DNA from: an uncultured Chthonomonas sp. | GTDB lineage: Bacteria; Armatimonadota; Fimbriimonadia; Fimbriimonadales; Fimbriimonadaceae | DNA length: 47,744 bases | Direction of reading: 5' to 3' | Assembly (NCBI GenBank): GCA_964422285.1 | Contig: CAYRAX010000001.1 | Location: 1 to 47,744, forward strand | Shown: positions 1 through 9,909 of the stretch, piece after piece | How the letters are laid out: the number at the start of each line of letters is the position of its first letter | Numbering within the stretch: position 1 is the first letter of the stretch | Position numbers and translations under genes: made by a program | Notes under the pieces: model-generated | The model's database searches: none | Seen by the model: only the letters and a program-made list of their open reading frames with translations | Told to the model about the DNA's origin: nothing

Positions 1-1
1 C

Positions 2-1621
2 GAGGAGACCTTGTTCCGGCGCACGTTGGATGCGGGAATTACGCGGTTGACGAATGAACTCGACCGCATTGGGCGCGGTGGTCGCCTTGACGGGGCTTAT
101 GCGTTCAACTTGTATCACACCTATGGCTTCCCGAAGGAGGTCACGCAAGAGCTTTGCGAAGAGGCCGCGATCGAATTCGATTCCAATGGGTTTGATACCG
201 CGCTTGGCGAAGCGCGCCGAGAAAGCCAAGAAGGATCGGAAATCGACACCGTTTACGGCAGCGTCGCCGCGCAATTTTCGTTTGATGGCGACCATACGCC
301 CACCGCGACCGAATTCGTCGGCTACAGCACTCCGCGATGCGAGGCCATCGTTCACGGTGCACTGCCGGAACTGCTCGAAAACGGACTTTGCACGGGGCGC
401 GTCGCGCTCGCGCTAGATCGCACACCATTCTATGCAGAATCGGGTGGCCAAGTCAGCGATGTCGGCCGCATCTTGGGCGAGAATTTTGAGTTCAAAGTTG
501 TGGATTTGGTCAAGCAGGCCGGCGTCTATGTGCACCTCTGCGAACCTGTGCGCATGCAGCATCCCGCGCCGCTACTCAACATGCCCGCCGCGGAGGCAAC
601 AAACGTTCTCCTCCACCAAGTTTTCAATCACCGGGTGATCGGGGAGATCGATTTGCCGAGCCGGTTGAGCACGATGCGAAACCATACGGCGACTCACATC
701 ATGCAGGCGGTTTTGCGCAACAAGCTGGGCACTCACGTCACTCAGGCCGGGTCGCTCGTTTCGCCCGAGCATTTGCGCTTCGATTTCACCCACAGCAAGG
801 CTTTGGAAGGCGAAGAATTGGCCGAGATCGAGTACATGATCAACGACCAGATTCTGCGCAATATGCCCGTGACCACCCATGTGGACATGCCGATCGACGA
901 GGCCCGCGCCAGAGGCGCCATGGCGCTTTTCGGCGAGAAATATGGCGACCGCGTCAGGATGGTAGAGATCGGCGACTTTAGCCGTGAGCTTTGCGGCGGT
1001 ACCCACGTCGGCAACACGGGGGAAATTGGCATGCTGAAAGTTGTCGGCGAAAGTAGCGTCGGCTCGGGCGTCAGGCGAATCGAGGCGATCACGGGGGCCG
1101 AACTCTTGAACTGGATGTGGCGTAGCGAATCGACGCTGAAGTCCGCGAGCTCGATGCTGAAGACCACGCCGAAAGAGCTATTGCCCGCGATCGAGCGCGT
1201 GCTGGATCAAGTTCGCGAAGAACGCAAGAAGCGCGAAAAGCTGATGCAACAAGGCGCAGGCGCGGCCGAAAGCACGAGCACCGAAATTGGTCCCGTCACG
1301 CTTTCCATTCAAAAACTGGCGAGCGGCGAAGCCAAAGATGCGCAGATGGTTGCCGACCGATTGACCGATAGCAAGCCTGGTGTCGTCGCCGTAGTTGCTT
1401 TGGTTTCCGAAGAAGGTAAGGTTACATTTGTCGCAAAAGTCGGGTCTGAGGCCCTTTCGAAAGGCGTTCACGCGGGCAATCTGGTGCGCGAAATCGCTAA
1501 GGTTGCGGGTGGCGGTGGCGGCGGAAAAGCAGACTTCGCGACCGCCGGCGGACGCGACGCAAACAAGGTCGATGCGGCACTTGCAGTCGCCGCGCCGACC
1601 GTTGAAGGAATGGTGAAATGA
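2..1621 (+). CDS. alaS: Alanine--tRNA ligase, C-terminal portion (5' end outside window)
   Basis: The frame is open from the window edge. It shows the editing-domain HxxxH (TATHIMQAVL), a CGGTHV motif, and a C-terminal DHHA1-like GGGGGKADFATAGG. Confidence 0.9.
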   Translation, partial: EETLFRRTLDAGITRLTNELDRIGRGGRLDGAYAFNLYHTYGFPKEVTQELCEEAAIEFDSNGFDTALGEARRESQEGSEIDTVYGSVAAQFSFDGDHTPTATEFVGYSTPRCEAIVHGALPELLENGLCTGRVALALDRTPFYAESGGQVSDVGRILGENFEFKVVDLVKQAGVYVHLCEPVRMQHPAPLLNMPAAEATNVLLHQVFNHRVIGEIDLPSRLSTMRNHTATHIMQAVLRNKLGTHVTQAGSLVSPEHLRFDFTHSKALEGEELAEIEYMINDQILRNMPVTTHVDMPIDEARARGAMALFGEKYGDRVRMVEIGDFSRELCGGTHVGNTGEIGMLKVVGESSVGSGVRRIEAITGAELLNWMWRSESTLKSASSMLKTTPKELLPAIERVLDQVREERKKREKLMQQGAGAAESTSTEIGPVTLSIQKLASGEAKDAQMVADRLTDSKPGVVAVVALVSEEGKVTFVAKVGSEALSKGVHAGNLVREIAKVAGGGGGGKADFATAGGRDANKVDAALAVAAPTVEGMVK

Positions 1622-2136
1622 AGTTCTACGATCTTGTCCCTCCTCAGGAATTTGATCCCAAAATCGCGCTAATGATCGCGACTCTGCATGATTCCACGCG
1701 CGAGTGGAAGAGTGAGCTCGGCGAGCCCACTGAAGACGCGATTGTTTGGCAACCTTATGAAAATGCACCTAGCATTGGTGGGCAATTGCTGCATTTGATC
1801 GGCGTAGAAGCGTTTTGGTTTGAGTCGTTTTTGGCCCAAGCCGAGCGGCCTGTTGGTGAGCGCGAGCTACTGATGGCAGACCAGATCAACGTGGATGATC
1901 ACATCTGGCCGGCGCCGCACCGAAAGCCGATCCAGTGGTACTACGAGCTCTTGGACACGGTGCGCGCGCGGGCATTGAAAGCCTTAGCGCCGCTGGATGT
2001 TAATCTGTCCCGCCAAATGCGCGACGAGTACGAATTCACGCTGCCGTGGGTGATCGGGCACGTGATCCAGCACGACAGCTACCACGGCGGACAGGCGGTT
2101 TTGCTGCATGAAATGTACAAGCGCATGGCTACATGA
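1618..2136 (+). CDS. DinB/YfiT-fold family protein
   Basis: 172-aa ORF that overlaps the alaS stop (ATGA). It has histidine-bearing helices typical of the DinB_2 fold (HLIGVEAFW, HVIQHDSYHGGQ). Confidence 0.65.
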   Translation: MKFYDLVPPQEFDPKIALMIATLHDSTREWKSELGEPTEDAIVWQPYENAPSIGGQLLHLIGVEAFWFESFLAQAERPVGERELLMADQINVDDHIWPAPHRKPIQWYYELLDTVRARALKALAPLDVNLSRQMRDEYEFTLPWVIGHVIQHDSYHGGQAVLLHEMYKRMAT

Positions 2137-4591
2137 GTGAATACGGATTGACGTCAATCATCATTTGAACCGCCCTCGGATTGGGGTTCACGAGCAGGCT
2201 GGGCAGAGTCTGGATCATCGCGGGATCGTTCAATTTGATGAGCATGTGAAGCCGCCAGCGACCATTCAGCCGCTCAATCGGACATTCGACCGGACCCAGC
2301 ACAATTAGCTCTTTGTGAGTTCGTAATTCATCGGAAACCGAATGAATCGCGGCTTCGACTTCGGGTAATTGCTCGCCGGAAAACACTACATTAACAAGGT
2401 CACAATAGGGCGGATACCACGCCGCCATCCGCTCTTGAAGCAACGTTTCGTAAAGGGCGACGTAATCGTGGGTCGTCGCGCACTGAATGGCCACATTGCC
2501 GGGCACCATGGTTTGAATGACGACTTCGCCGGGACGCGAACCACGACCCGCTCGGCCCGCAACCTGCGAAAGTAGCTGAAACGTGCGTTCCGATGCGCGA
2601 AAATCGGGCACATTCAGCGAAATATCGGCCGCGATGACTCCCACCAAGGTCACGTTTGGAAAGTCGAGGCCCTTGGCGATCATTTGGGTTCCTACCAATA
2701 TTTGAATGTTCTGGCTGCGAAAACCCGCAAAAATCTCTTCGAGCGCACCACGCTTTTCCGCGACGTCGCGGTCTAGCCTGGCGACGTTTGCGGCGGGGAA
2801 TTGGGCACGCACGGCCTCTTCGACCCGCTCGGAGCCGGTACCAAATGGCGCAATTCGCTCGCCATCGCACGATGGGCAAAGGTCCGGCGCAGGCGTTTGG
2901 TGACCGCAATGGTGGCATTTCAGCCGGTGCACGCGTTTGTGATAGGACATCGCGACGGCGCATTCGGGGCACATCCACTGGTGACCACAATCACGGCACA
3001 CCAAGTATGAGGCGAAGGCGCGGCGGTTGAGGAACAAAATCACCTGCTCCTTGCGCTCGAGCGTCGCGACCATTTTGTCCAGCAGCATCGGTGAGAAAAT
3101 CGATGGACTACCAGATCGATAAACCTCCGTCAAGTCTTGGATGTGCACAGTTGGCAGCGTTGCGGCGGCGGCCCGTTGCGGCAATTCCAAGCGTTGGTAG
3201 GTGCCTTGTTCGCTGCGAAAATAGGATTCGATGCTCGGCGTCGCGCTACCCAAAATCAGCGGGCATTCATGAATTTCGGCAAGGCGAATGGCGGCATCGC
3301 GCGCATGGTATCTCGGCGCGCTCTCTTGCTTGTAGCTGCTCTCATGCTCCTCATCCATGATGATCAGGCCGAGATTATCGAGCGGCGAAAAGAGTGCACT
3401 GCGCGCTCCGAGGACAATTGGCGCGCGGCCCTCGGCGATTTGCACCCAATTATTCAATCGCTCTTGGGCGGGCAAATTGCTGTGAATGACGGCGAGGCCC
3501 TTGCCAAATCGGCTGCGAAGTTGCGCGATCACGTGGGCGGTCAGCGCGATTTCGGGCACGAGGTAAAGGACTTGGCGCCCTTGTTGCATCGCGGCGGCGG
3601 CGGCCCGCAAGTAGACTTCAGTTTTTCCGCTGCCGGTGACGCCGAACAGCAAAAACGGCTTAGCGCACCGACCCTTGATCGCCTGATTGATCGCTTGAAT
3701 TGCCTTGGCTTGGTGCGGGTTCGGCGTTGGCGGCGTTTGCGGCTGGTGCTGCTCGGCCTCGATTTTTTCGAGCAAACCCGCTTTGATCAGTCCCATGATC
3801 GCCTGGTCGGTCGCGTTCGAAATCGCCTTGACTTCGGTGACGGAAAACGAGATGGCTTCTGCCCCCTGAAGCCTCATCAAGATCATTGCCTGCGCGGGTC
3901 GCTTCTTGCCGTTCTTCAGCAGAAACTCGTCGATGCTGGCTTCGTTGCTCGTTAGCTTCAGTTGCCCGCTCAGGCGGTGGCGCTCTTGGGTGGTCGAGAC
4001 CGCCAACGATTCGGTGACAAATCCATCGGCCTTGAGCGCGCGCAACGGACGCTTCGCGGCGGCCGAAATCGGCTTGACTTTGGAACTCTGCACGAATCCG
4101 CCGTTGTCGGTCAAAACTCGAACTGCCTCCGCCTTGGTCGCCGACAATTTGGCGAGTTCCTCGGCGGTGGGAGTGCGCGTCAGGGTCCACTGGCTCACGA
4201 GCCGATCGTGCAACCCTGGCGGCATCGCCAGCCCGATCACCATCGAGGGCGTGCAGAGCGACGACGCGGCCACGTGTTCCAACAATTCCAGCATCTCGGG
4301 CGGCAGGCGAACTCCTTCGACGATGCCATGGATGGGCTTGAGCGCGCTTACTGAAAAGCCGAGTTGGTATGGCTTGATCAATCTTGTCGCGAGCACGATG
4401 CCGAGCTCGATTCTCGGTCCCATGGGCGCGGTCACCGCTTGTCCTGGTTCTGCTCGCAGCGGGTTTAGGTAGGTGTAGATCGCATCCGAGCCGCTCCGGC
4501 GATGATCGAAAACGACGTCAACCACGCGCAGCACGTCGGTGGCGACGTGGACGGCGCTTGTGGTGGCGGTTTTGGCGTTCATTTTTGGCAT
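2129..4591 (-). CDS. priA: Primosomal protein N' (replication restart helicase PriA)
   Basis: Walker A GVTGSGKTEVY, DEEH box (MDEEHESSYKQ), and a Cys-rich zinc insertion CRDCGHQWMCPEC...CHHCGH...CPSCDG. 820 aa. Confidence 0.9.
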   Translation of the reverse strand: MPKMNAKTATTSAVHVATDVLRVVDVVFDHRRSGSDAIYTYLNPLRAEPGQAVTAPMGPRIELGIVLATRLIKPYQLGFSVSALKPIHGIVEGVRLPPEMLELLEHVAASSLCTPSMVIGLAMPPGLHDRLVSQWTLTRTPTAEELAKLSATKAEAVRVLTDNGGFVQSSKVKPISAAAKRPLRALKADGFVTESLAVSTTQERHRLSGQLKLTSNEASIDEFLLKNGKKRPAQAMILMRLQGAEAISFSVTEVKAISNATDQAIMGLIKAGLLEKIEAEQHQPQTPPTPNPHQAKAIQAINQAIKGRCAKPFLLFGVTGSGKTEVYLRAAAAAMQQGRQVLYLVPEIALTAHVIAQLRSRFGKGLAVIHSNLPAQERLNNWVQIAEGRAPIVLGARSALFSPLDNLGLIIMDEEHESSYKQESAPRYHARDAAIRLAEIHECPLILGSATPSIESYFRSEQGTYQRLELPQRAAAATLPTVHIQDLTEVYRSGSPSIFSPMLLDKMVATLERKEQVILFLNRRAFASYLVCRDCGHQWMCPECAVAMSYHKRVHRLKCHHCGHQTPAPDLCPSCDGERIAPFGTGSERVEEAVRAQFPAANVARLDRDVAEKRGALEEIFAGFRSQNIQILVGTQMIAKGLDFPNVTLVGVIAADISLNVPDFRASERTFQLLSQVAGRAGRGSRPGEVVIQTMVPGNVAIQCATTHDYVALYETLLQERMAAWYPPYCDLVNVVFSGEQLPEVEAAIHSVSDELRTHKELIVLGPVECPIERLNGRWRLHMLIKLNDPAMIQTLPSLLVNPNPRAVQMMIDVNPYSLM

Positions 4592-4604
4592 GAAATTGCG
4601 GCCT

Positions 4605-5189
4605 TCAGCTAATTTGTTTCAAGGCATCGGCGAGCATTTCGGTAGGCAAACCGATCACGTTGTTGATGCTGCCTTCGACGCACTCGATGAATTGGTGGCT
4701 AGCGTCCTGCAGGCCATAAGCGCCCGCCTTATCCATCGGCTGGCCCGTCGCCACGTATGCTTCGATTTCCGATTCGCTCAGCGTTCGAAAGGTGACTTTG
4801 GAGCAATCGGCAAAGAGGTGCAGCCCCTTTGGCCACCGCAGCGCGACGCCAGTGATGACCTCGTGGGTTTGGCCAGAAAGTTGGGCGAGCATGGCTCTGG
4901 CGTGGGCCTCGTCGCTCGGCTTTGCCAACTGGGTGTGACCGTTCGGAGAGCTCAGAGCGACAACGGTGTCACCGCCGATCACCAAGCAATCAGGATTCGA
5001 TTCAAAGACGTGCATCGCCTTTTCGCGCGCGAGCACTTGGGCCGTCTGCCAAGGATCATCCGACAAAAATTCGTCTTCATCAAGGTCCGCCGCGACCACT
5101 CGAAATTCGGTCACCAATTCGCGCAAAAGCTCCTGGCGCCGAGGGGACGCGCTCGCCAAAATCACGGGATATTTCAGGCGAAGCGGCAT
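4605..5189 (-). CDS. maf: Maf-like nucleoside triphosphate pyrophosphatase
   Basis: N-terminal ILASASPRRQELL motif; 194 aa with overall Maf/YhdE layout. Confidence 0.85.
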   Translation of the reverse strand: MPLRLKYPVILASASPRRQELLRELVTEFRVVAADLDEDEFLSDDPWQTAQVLAREKAMHVFESNPDCLVIGGDTVVALSSPNGHTQLAKPSDEAHARAMLAQLSGQTHEVITGVALRWPKGLHLFADCSKVTFRTLSESEIEAYVATGQPMDKAGAYGLQDASHQFIECVEGSINNVIGLPTEMLADALKQIS

Positions 5190-5214
5190 GCATTAGCGTA
5201 GCATATTGGGTGCT

Positions 5215-6093
5215 TTACGCTCGCATGATGAGGGCGCTATATGATTCGCTCGCGACCACATGCATGGCGATGCTACCGATCAGCACTCGGTGCATGAAAC
5301 CATGGCCTTGGGCACCAAGAATGATCATTTCGGAGTCGGTATCTTGCACCACTTTGCGAATCGTGACGAGGACCGGCCCGGTTCGAACGACCGGCGAAGC
5401 TTCAATCCCGGCGGCCGTGAGCTTATCGACGACCTGCTGCGTGTGGTTGGTCGCAAACTCCTCCATGCGGGCGTAAACCTCTTGCGTGGTCGCAATCGGC
5501 ACGTGCACGGCGGCGGACATCGTGTCGACGACGGGTTCGATCACCTGCAGCACCGTCACATGGCCCAGCCCCTTCGGCTGAAAATTGATCAAATGATCGA
5601 CGCAGCGATCGCAATAGGCGCTACCATCTACAGCCAAAACCGCGCGAACGGGGCCGCTGGCAATGGTGGGACGCGCGACCAAGATGCTCTGCTTGGCTCC
5701 AGCGGCCAGCGCACGCGTGACAGATCCGAGGAAAAGCGCGCCAATAGCACTCTTTTGCTCCGAGCCAACCGCGATCAGGTCTGCGCTGATCTCATCGGCA
5801 ACGCGCATCAGGGCATCGGCGGCGAGTCCATCGGCAACTTTTGCGTGGGTTCGAATACCACGGGCATTGAGTTCGTTTGCCGCTTGTTCGGCGTTAGCCA
5901 CGGCGGCCGTGTGCAGCGCGCGAAACACATCGGAGCTGAGCGCCATGCTCGAAGACATGGTCACGGGGACGCTGTATATGGGTTCAGCCGCCGAAACCGC
6001 GGTCACCTCGGGTTCAGCAAATTGCATTCGCGAGAGAAGGTCAATCGCGTGCTGATGGGTCGCCTGGGAATGAGCACCAAGCACAATTTTCAT
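5215..6093 (-). CDS. Universal stress protein, tandem USP domains
   Basis: Two USP-like halves, with a C-terminal IILGAQGHGFMHRVLIGSIAMHVV motif. I moved the start to ATG 6093 (MKIVLGAHS) because GAGG lies 9 nt upstream; the track ORF starts at 6111. Confidence 0.75.
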   Translation of the reverse strand: MKIVLGAHSQATHQHAIDLLSRMQFAEPEVTAVSAAEPIYSVPVTMSSSMALSSDVFRALHTAAVANAEQAANELNARGIRTHAKVADGLAADALMRVADEISADLIAVGSEQKSAIGALFLGSVTRALAAGAKQSILVARPTIASGPVRAVLAVDGSAYCDRCVDHLINFQPKGLGHVTVLQVIEPVVDTMSAAVHVPIATTQEVYARMEEFATNHTQQVVDKLTAAGIEASPVVRTGPVLVTIRKVVQDTDSEMIILGAQGHGFMHRVLIGSIAMHVVASESYSALIMRA

Positions 6094-6142
6094 GTTGTTC
6101 GCCTCAATCACTTATCATTTTCGGAGTTGCCACCAAAAACTC

Positions 6143-7459
6143 CTACTTCGTTTTTGATTGCGCGCGAACTTCGCGAATGACCGTGACCAATACTTCCATG
6201 CCTAGGCGCGGACCGGACGAAATTTCGCTCGCGATATCTTGGGCGAGCGCCGCAGTTTGCTGGTCGTTCAGATCATCAGGGCGAACGATCACGCGAAGCT
6301 CGCGACCCGATTGAATCGCGTATGCACGCTCGACTCCGGGGAACTTCAGCGCGATTTGCTCCAAGTCGCCCAGGCGGTTGGCGAAGTTCTCCAAATTTTC
6401 TTTTCGCGCGCCGGGCCGCGAAGCGCTGATCGCGTCGGCGACGATGATGATTCTGGCTTCGGGCGTCTCGGGCATGACGTCATAGTGGTGGGCGGCGACC
6501 GCGTGCAAGATTGCTCCATCGATGCGGTGCTCGGTGAGAAATCGCATGCCGGTTAAGGCGTGTGGCCCCTCGTAGGCCTCGCCCAGTCCTTTGCCAATGT
6601 CGTGCAGCAACCCGGCAGCCCTCGAAACGTGGGCATCGAACCCGAGTTCGGCCGCCAAATTTGCGGCAATCTGAGCTACCTCGACGCTGTGCGAAAGCAC
6701 GTTTTGGCCTACGCTGGAGCGAAACCGAAGCAGTCCAAGTTGTTGCAAAACCGCAGGCGCGAGTCCTTCGACCTTGGCTTCAGCCGTTGCTGTCCGGCCT
6801 GCCTCGGCGATTTCAGCGCGCATCGATTGCTGGCTCTGCGCGACGATTTCCTCGATTCGTGTGGGGTGAATTCGTCCATCGACGATCAGGTTCATGAGCG
6901 CAACGCGGGCGGTTTCGCGACGAAATGGATCGAAGCAAGAAATGAGCACCGAACCCGGCGTGGCGTCAAGCAGGAGTTCGGTCCCGGTTGCCTGCTCGAA
7001 GGCGCGAATATTGCGCCCCTCTCGTCCGACGATGCGGCCCTTGACGTCGTCGCTTGGCAGCGGCACGATCGCGGTTGTCGATTCGCTTATCGTCGTTACG
7101 TGGGTGCGCTCGACGGCGGCGAGGACGACATCCGCCGCGCGCTGATTGGCTTCGGTGAGAAGCATTTTTGCACGTCCAGTCAGCTCATTGGAGATCGAGC
7201 TTGTCGCTTGCTGGATCGCTTCATCGCGCGCCTGCTCGGCGGTCATGCCGCTAATCCGCTGCAATTCGGCGCATGCCTTTTCGTGGTTAGCCTTTGTGCT
7301 TGCCAGAAGCTGCTCGGCTTCTGCGCGCTGGAGGGTTGATCGCTCGGACTCGGCTCTCGCGGCCGCGAGTTGCGTTCGAAGTCGAGACTCTCTGACAAGA
7401 AAATATGCCGCCGTCGCCAGCGCGCCGGTCACCAAAGCCAGAATCGTTTCGGTCACCAC
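6143..7459 (-). CDS. rny: Ribonuclease Y
   Basis: N-terminal TM helix (ILALVTGALATAAYFLV), a coiled region, KH motif GREGRNIRAFE and HD motif LLHDIGK. GTG start overlaps the recX stop. Confidence 0.85.
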   Translation of the reverse strand: MVTETILALVTGALATAAYFLVRESRLRTQLAAARAESERSTLQRAEAEQLLASTKANHEKACAELQRISGMTAEQARDEAIQQATSSISNELTGRAKMLLTEANQRAADVVLAAVERTHVTTISESTTAIVPLPSDDVKGRIVGREGRNIRAFEQATGTELLLDATPGSVLISCFDPFRRETARVALMNLIVDGRIHPTRIEEIVAQSQQSMRAEIAEAGRTATAEAKVEGLAPAVLQQLGLLRFRSSVGQNVLSHSVEVAQIAANLAAELGFDAHVSRAAGLLHDIGKGLGEAYEGPHALTGMRFLTEHRIDGAILHAVAAHHYDVMPETPEARIIIVADAISASRPGARKENLENFANRLGDLEQIALKFPGVERAYAIQSGRELRVIVRPDDLNDQQTAALAQDIASEISSGPRLGMEVLVTVIREVRAQSKTK

Positions 7460-7899
7460 TCGCTTGGCTCCTTGAAATCGGCTTCGATGATGGATTCGAT
7501 GACTTCTTCGGAGAACCCTCGACCCGCCAAAAATCTCGCCGCTTTAGCGCGATCTTCGGATGTAAATCTCTTGACAGCCAGCATCGTCTTGGCTTTCGAG
7601 AGTTGGTCTGCGTGGGTGAATCGCTTTTCGATGGCCGCTCTTACTTGCTCGCTCGCGCCTTTGGCTTCTAGCTCGGCCAGGATTCGCTCCTTACCGTACC
7701 GGCGGCTCTGCCGTTCTGCGACCGAGCGCGCCACGCGCTGATCGTCAATGAAGCCCCATCGCTCGACGCAATCCAGCGCGTGAGTGATCTGCGCGCCTTC
7801 GCATCCCCGGCGATCCAGTGCCTCGCGCAGTTCCTCCGCCAAATAGTCTCGCTTTTCGAGCAACTTCAAAGCGGCGATCAGGGCATCATCCGGGTTCAC
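7453..7899 (-). CDS. recX: RecA regulator RecX
   Basis: 148-aa helical-repeat protein directly downstream of recA, with a GTGA start/stop overlap. N-terminus is RecX-like ([19 protein letters not shown]). Confidence 0.75.
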   Translation of the reverse strand: MNPDDALIAALKLLEKRDYLAEELREALDRRGCEGAQITHALDCVERWGFIDDQRVARSVAERQSRRYGKERILAELEAKGASEQVRAAIEKRFTHADQLSKAKTMLAVKRFTSEDRAKAARFLAGRGFSEEVIESIIEADFKEPSEW

Positions 7900-8960
7900 T
7901 CGTCGTTGTCAGCAATGGCGGCGGCAGCCTGGCCATTCACCACGGCGCTACCGCGTTCGGCCTGAACAGCGACGCGAATTTTGGAGTCAATTTCGCCCAG
8001 CACTTCGGGATGCTCATCGAGGTAGTTTCGAGCGTTATCGCGGCCTTGGCCCAGCCGGATATCGTTGAAATTGTAGTAGGTGCCCGCTTTGGTGACGATG
8101 TTTCGCGCTACCGCGTTATCCAAAACATCGCCGGATTTGCTGATGCCTTTTCCAAAGATGATGTCGAATTCGGCCAGTTTGAAGGGTGGCGCAACCTTGT
8201 TTTTGACGACTTTGACTTTGGTGCGCGCGCCGATTTGGTCGGTGCCGACCTTGATTGCTTCGGATCGTTTGACTTCCAATCGAACGCTGGCCCAGAACTT
8301 GAGCGCGCGGCCACCGGGAGTGGTCTCGGGGTTACCGTACATCACGCCGATTTTTTCGCGAAGTTGGTTGATGAAGATCACGACGGTATTGGATTTGTTG
8401 ATGCTGCCGCCGAGTTTTCGCAAAGCTTGACTCATCATTCGGGCCTGAATGCCCACGTGGCTGTCGCCCATTTCTCCTTCAATTTCTGCGCGAGGTACGA
8501 GCGCCGCAACCGAGTCGAGCACCACAACATCAACCGCACCAGAGCGAATGATTGCGTCCATGATCTCCAGCGCTTCTTCACCGGTCGTCGGCTGACTAAC
8601 ATAGAGGCGGTCGACATCTACACCCAGCGCGCGCGCGTATTCGATATCGAGCGCGTGCTCGGCATCAACGACCAGCGCTAGGCCACCCGACTTTTGGCAT
8701 TCGGCGACGCAGTGGAGCGCAAGCGTTGTTTTTCCGCTGGATTCCGCACCATAAATTTCGGTGATTCGTCCGCGCGGCAGGCCCCCGATTCCCAATGCCA
8801 TATCCAAGCTGAGCGAACCCGTGGAAACGGCTTCCACCAATTCTCGCTCGCCCGAACCCATGCGCATGATCGCCCCCTTGCCAAAGGCTTTTTCGATCTG
8901 CGACAAGGCGGTGTCAAGCGTTCTTTCTCGGTCAGCAACTGCAATCTTTTCGTTGGCCAC
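7896..8960 (-). CDS. recA: Recombinase RecA
   Basis: [23 protein letters not shown] Walker [11 protein letters not shown] and [32 protein letters not shown] lies 6 nt before the GTG start. Confidence 0.97.
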   Translation of the reverse strand: MANEKIAVADRERTLDTALSQIEKAFGKGAIMRMGSGERELVEAVSTGSLSLDMALGIGGLPRGRITEIYGAESSGKTTLALHCVAECQKSGGLALVVDAEHALDIEYARALGVDVDRLYVSQPTTGEEALEIMDAIIRSGAVDVVVLDSVAALVPRAEIEGEMGDSHVGIQARMMSQALRKLGGSINKSNTVVIFINQLREKIGVMYGNPETTPGGRALKFWASVRLEVKRSEAIKVGTDQIGARTKVKVVKNKVAPPFKLAEFDIIFGKGISKSGDVLDNAVARNIVTKAGTYYNFNDIRLGQGRDNARNYLDEHPEVLGEIDSKIRVAVQAERGSAVVNGQAAAAIADNDE

Positions 8961-9066
8961 GTGATACTCCTAAAAGGTCTCCGTTGAACCAAAGACCTAG
9001 ACACGATTATACATGAATTTACAAAAAAAGCGTGATGTTTTGGTTGACCTGCTTTTTTTGCGGGCG

Positions 9067-9363
9067 TCAAAGCTCGGTCAGCTCTGCTTCGAAAATCTTG
9101 ATGACCGGATCGTTTGCGACAAAATCGGGGATCGAGGCGAAGAAGGCCAAAACGTGGGGCATTCGAAAATGCTCGCGCAAGGCATCGGCGGATTTCCACT
9201 CTTCGACGAAGATCATTTCGCAAGGGTCGCTGGGGCTGCAATAAAAAGAGTAGCTCGCGCATCCGGGCTCGGAACGCGAGGGACCCAAGACGGTGTTGCA
9301 GTGTTCAAGCGCGGACTCAAGCATCTCTGGCTTGACGCGAAAGGTGGCATGAAGAATGACCAT
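9067..9363 (-). CDS. ABM-domain (antibiotic biosynthesis monooxygenase-like) protein
   Basis: 98-aa ORF with the ferredoxin-like ABM pattern (ATFRVKPE ... CASYSFY ... FVEEWKSADALREHF). Confidence 0.65.
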   Translation of the reverse strand: MVILHATFRVKPEMLESALEHCNTVLGPSRSEPGCASYSFYCSPSDPCEMIFVEEWKSADALREHFRMPHVLAFFASIPDFVANDPVIKIFEAELTEL

Positions 9364-9441
9364 GGGGAATTATAGCGGTTTGAACAAGTGAACTCAAGCG
9401 AGCCCAATACACCGCGCGCCAGTCCGAAGGGATCTGATTCG

Positions 9442-9882
9442 ATGTATTGCATCGCCCAAGTAGTAAAAACGTGCGCGATAGCTACACTCGCAACAGGTGC
9501 CAGCATCTGCGGAATCGCGATACTGCTGTGCTTGGCGGCCTTCTTGTTGTTGTTATCCACAAATGGTGGTGAAGACCGGACAACGTTGCGGACTTGGAAA
9601 ACACCCGAAGTAACGTTGCAAATGCAAAAAGTGTTGGGAGGAGGAGCAACTGTTGGAACGTTTTACGAGTTGATCGCAAATAATTCTCGCAAATATGAAA
9701 GGGTAGTTCTTTGCCGATTCGCGTCGGCAGTTGATCATGAGCCGCTCGACGACATTGAAGTGGTTGAACATGGACAACGCATTGAGGTCTCGCTGGATTG
9801 CCGCATCTCCTATTTGAAGCGGACTCCAGTTACCCTAGGCCACACGCGCGTATGGCTAAAGGTCAGGGAAGACGATCGTTAG
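9442..9882 (+). CDS. Hypothetical small membrane-anchored protein
   Basis: AT-rich ORF. An internal ATG at 9442 is preceded by GAAGGGA, and there is a hydrophobic segment (ICGIAILLCLAAFLLLL). No recognisable family. Confidence 0.3.
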   Translation: MYCIAQVVKTCAIATLATGASICGIAILLCLAAFLLLLSTNGGEDRTTLRTWKTPEVTLQMQKVLGGGATVGTFYELIANNSRKYERVVLCRFASAVDHEPLDDIEVVEHGQRIEVSLDCRISYLKRTPVTLGHTRVWLKVREDDR

Positions 9883-9909
9883 CGAACAAACTTGCCCGCC
9901 ACTTTGAAG

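Noticed and set aside
5260-6180. 306-aa ORF antisense to the tandem-USP gene. Similar shadow ORFs occur at 3137-3955 (opposite priA), 6560-7339 (rny), 7818-8681 (recA), 21330-22118 (pcrA), 25135-25947 (helicase), 29587-30318 (Fe-S protein), 41150-41740 (nfsA-like) and 46620-47258 (argS).
   Set aside because: Each is opposite a confidently identified gene, lacks an SD and any family motif, and has shadow-frame composition.
8961-9066. Canonical LexA/SOS box upstream of recA
   Set aside because: No CGAAC-N4-GTTCG or CTGT-N8-ACAG match is present. Only the unrelated AGGTCT/AGACCT palindrome was found, and it is reported separately at low interest.
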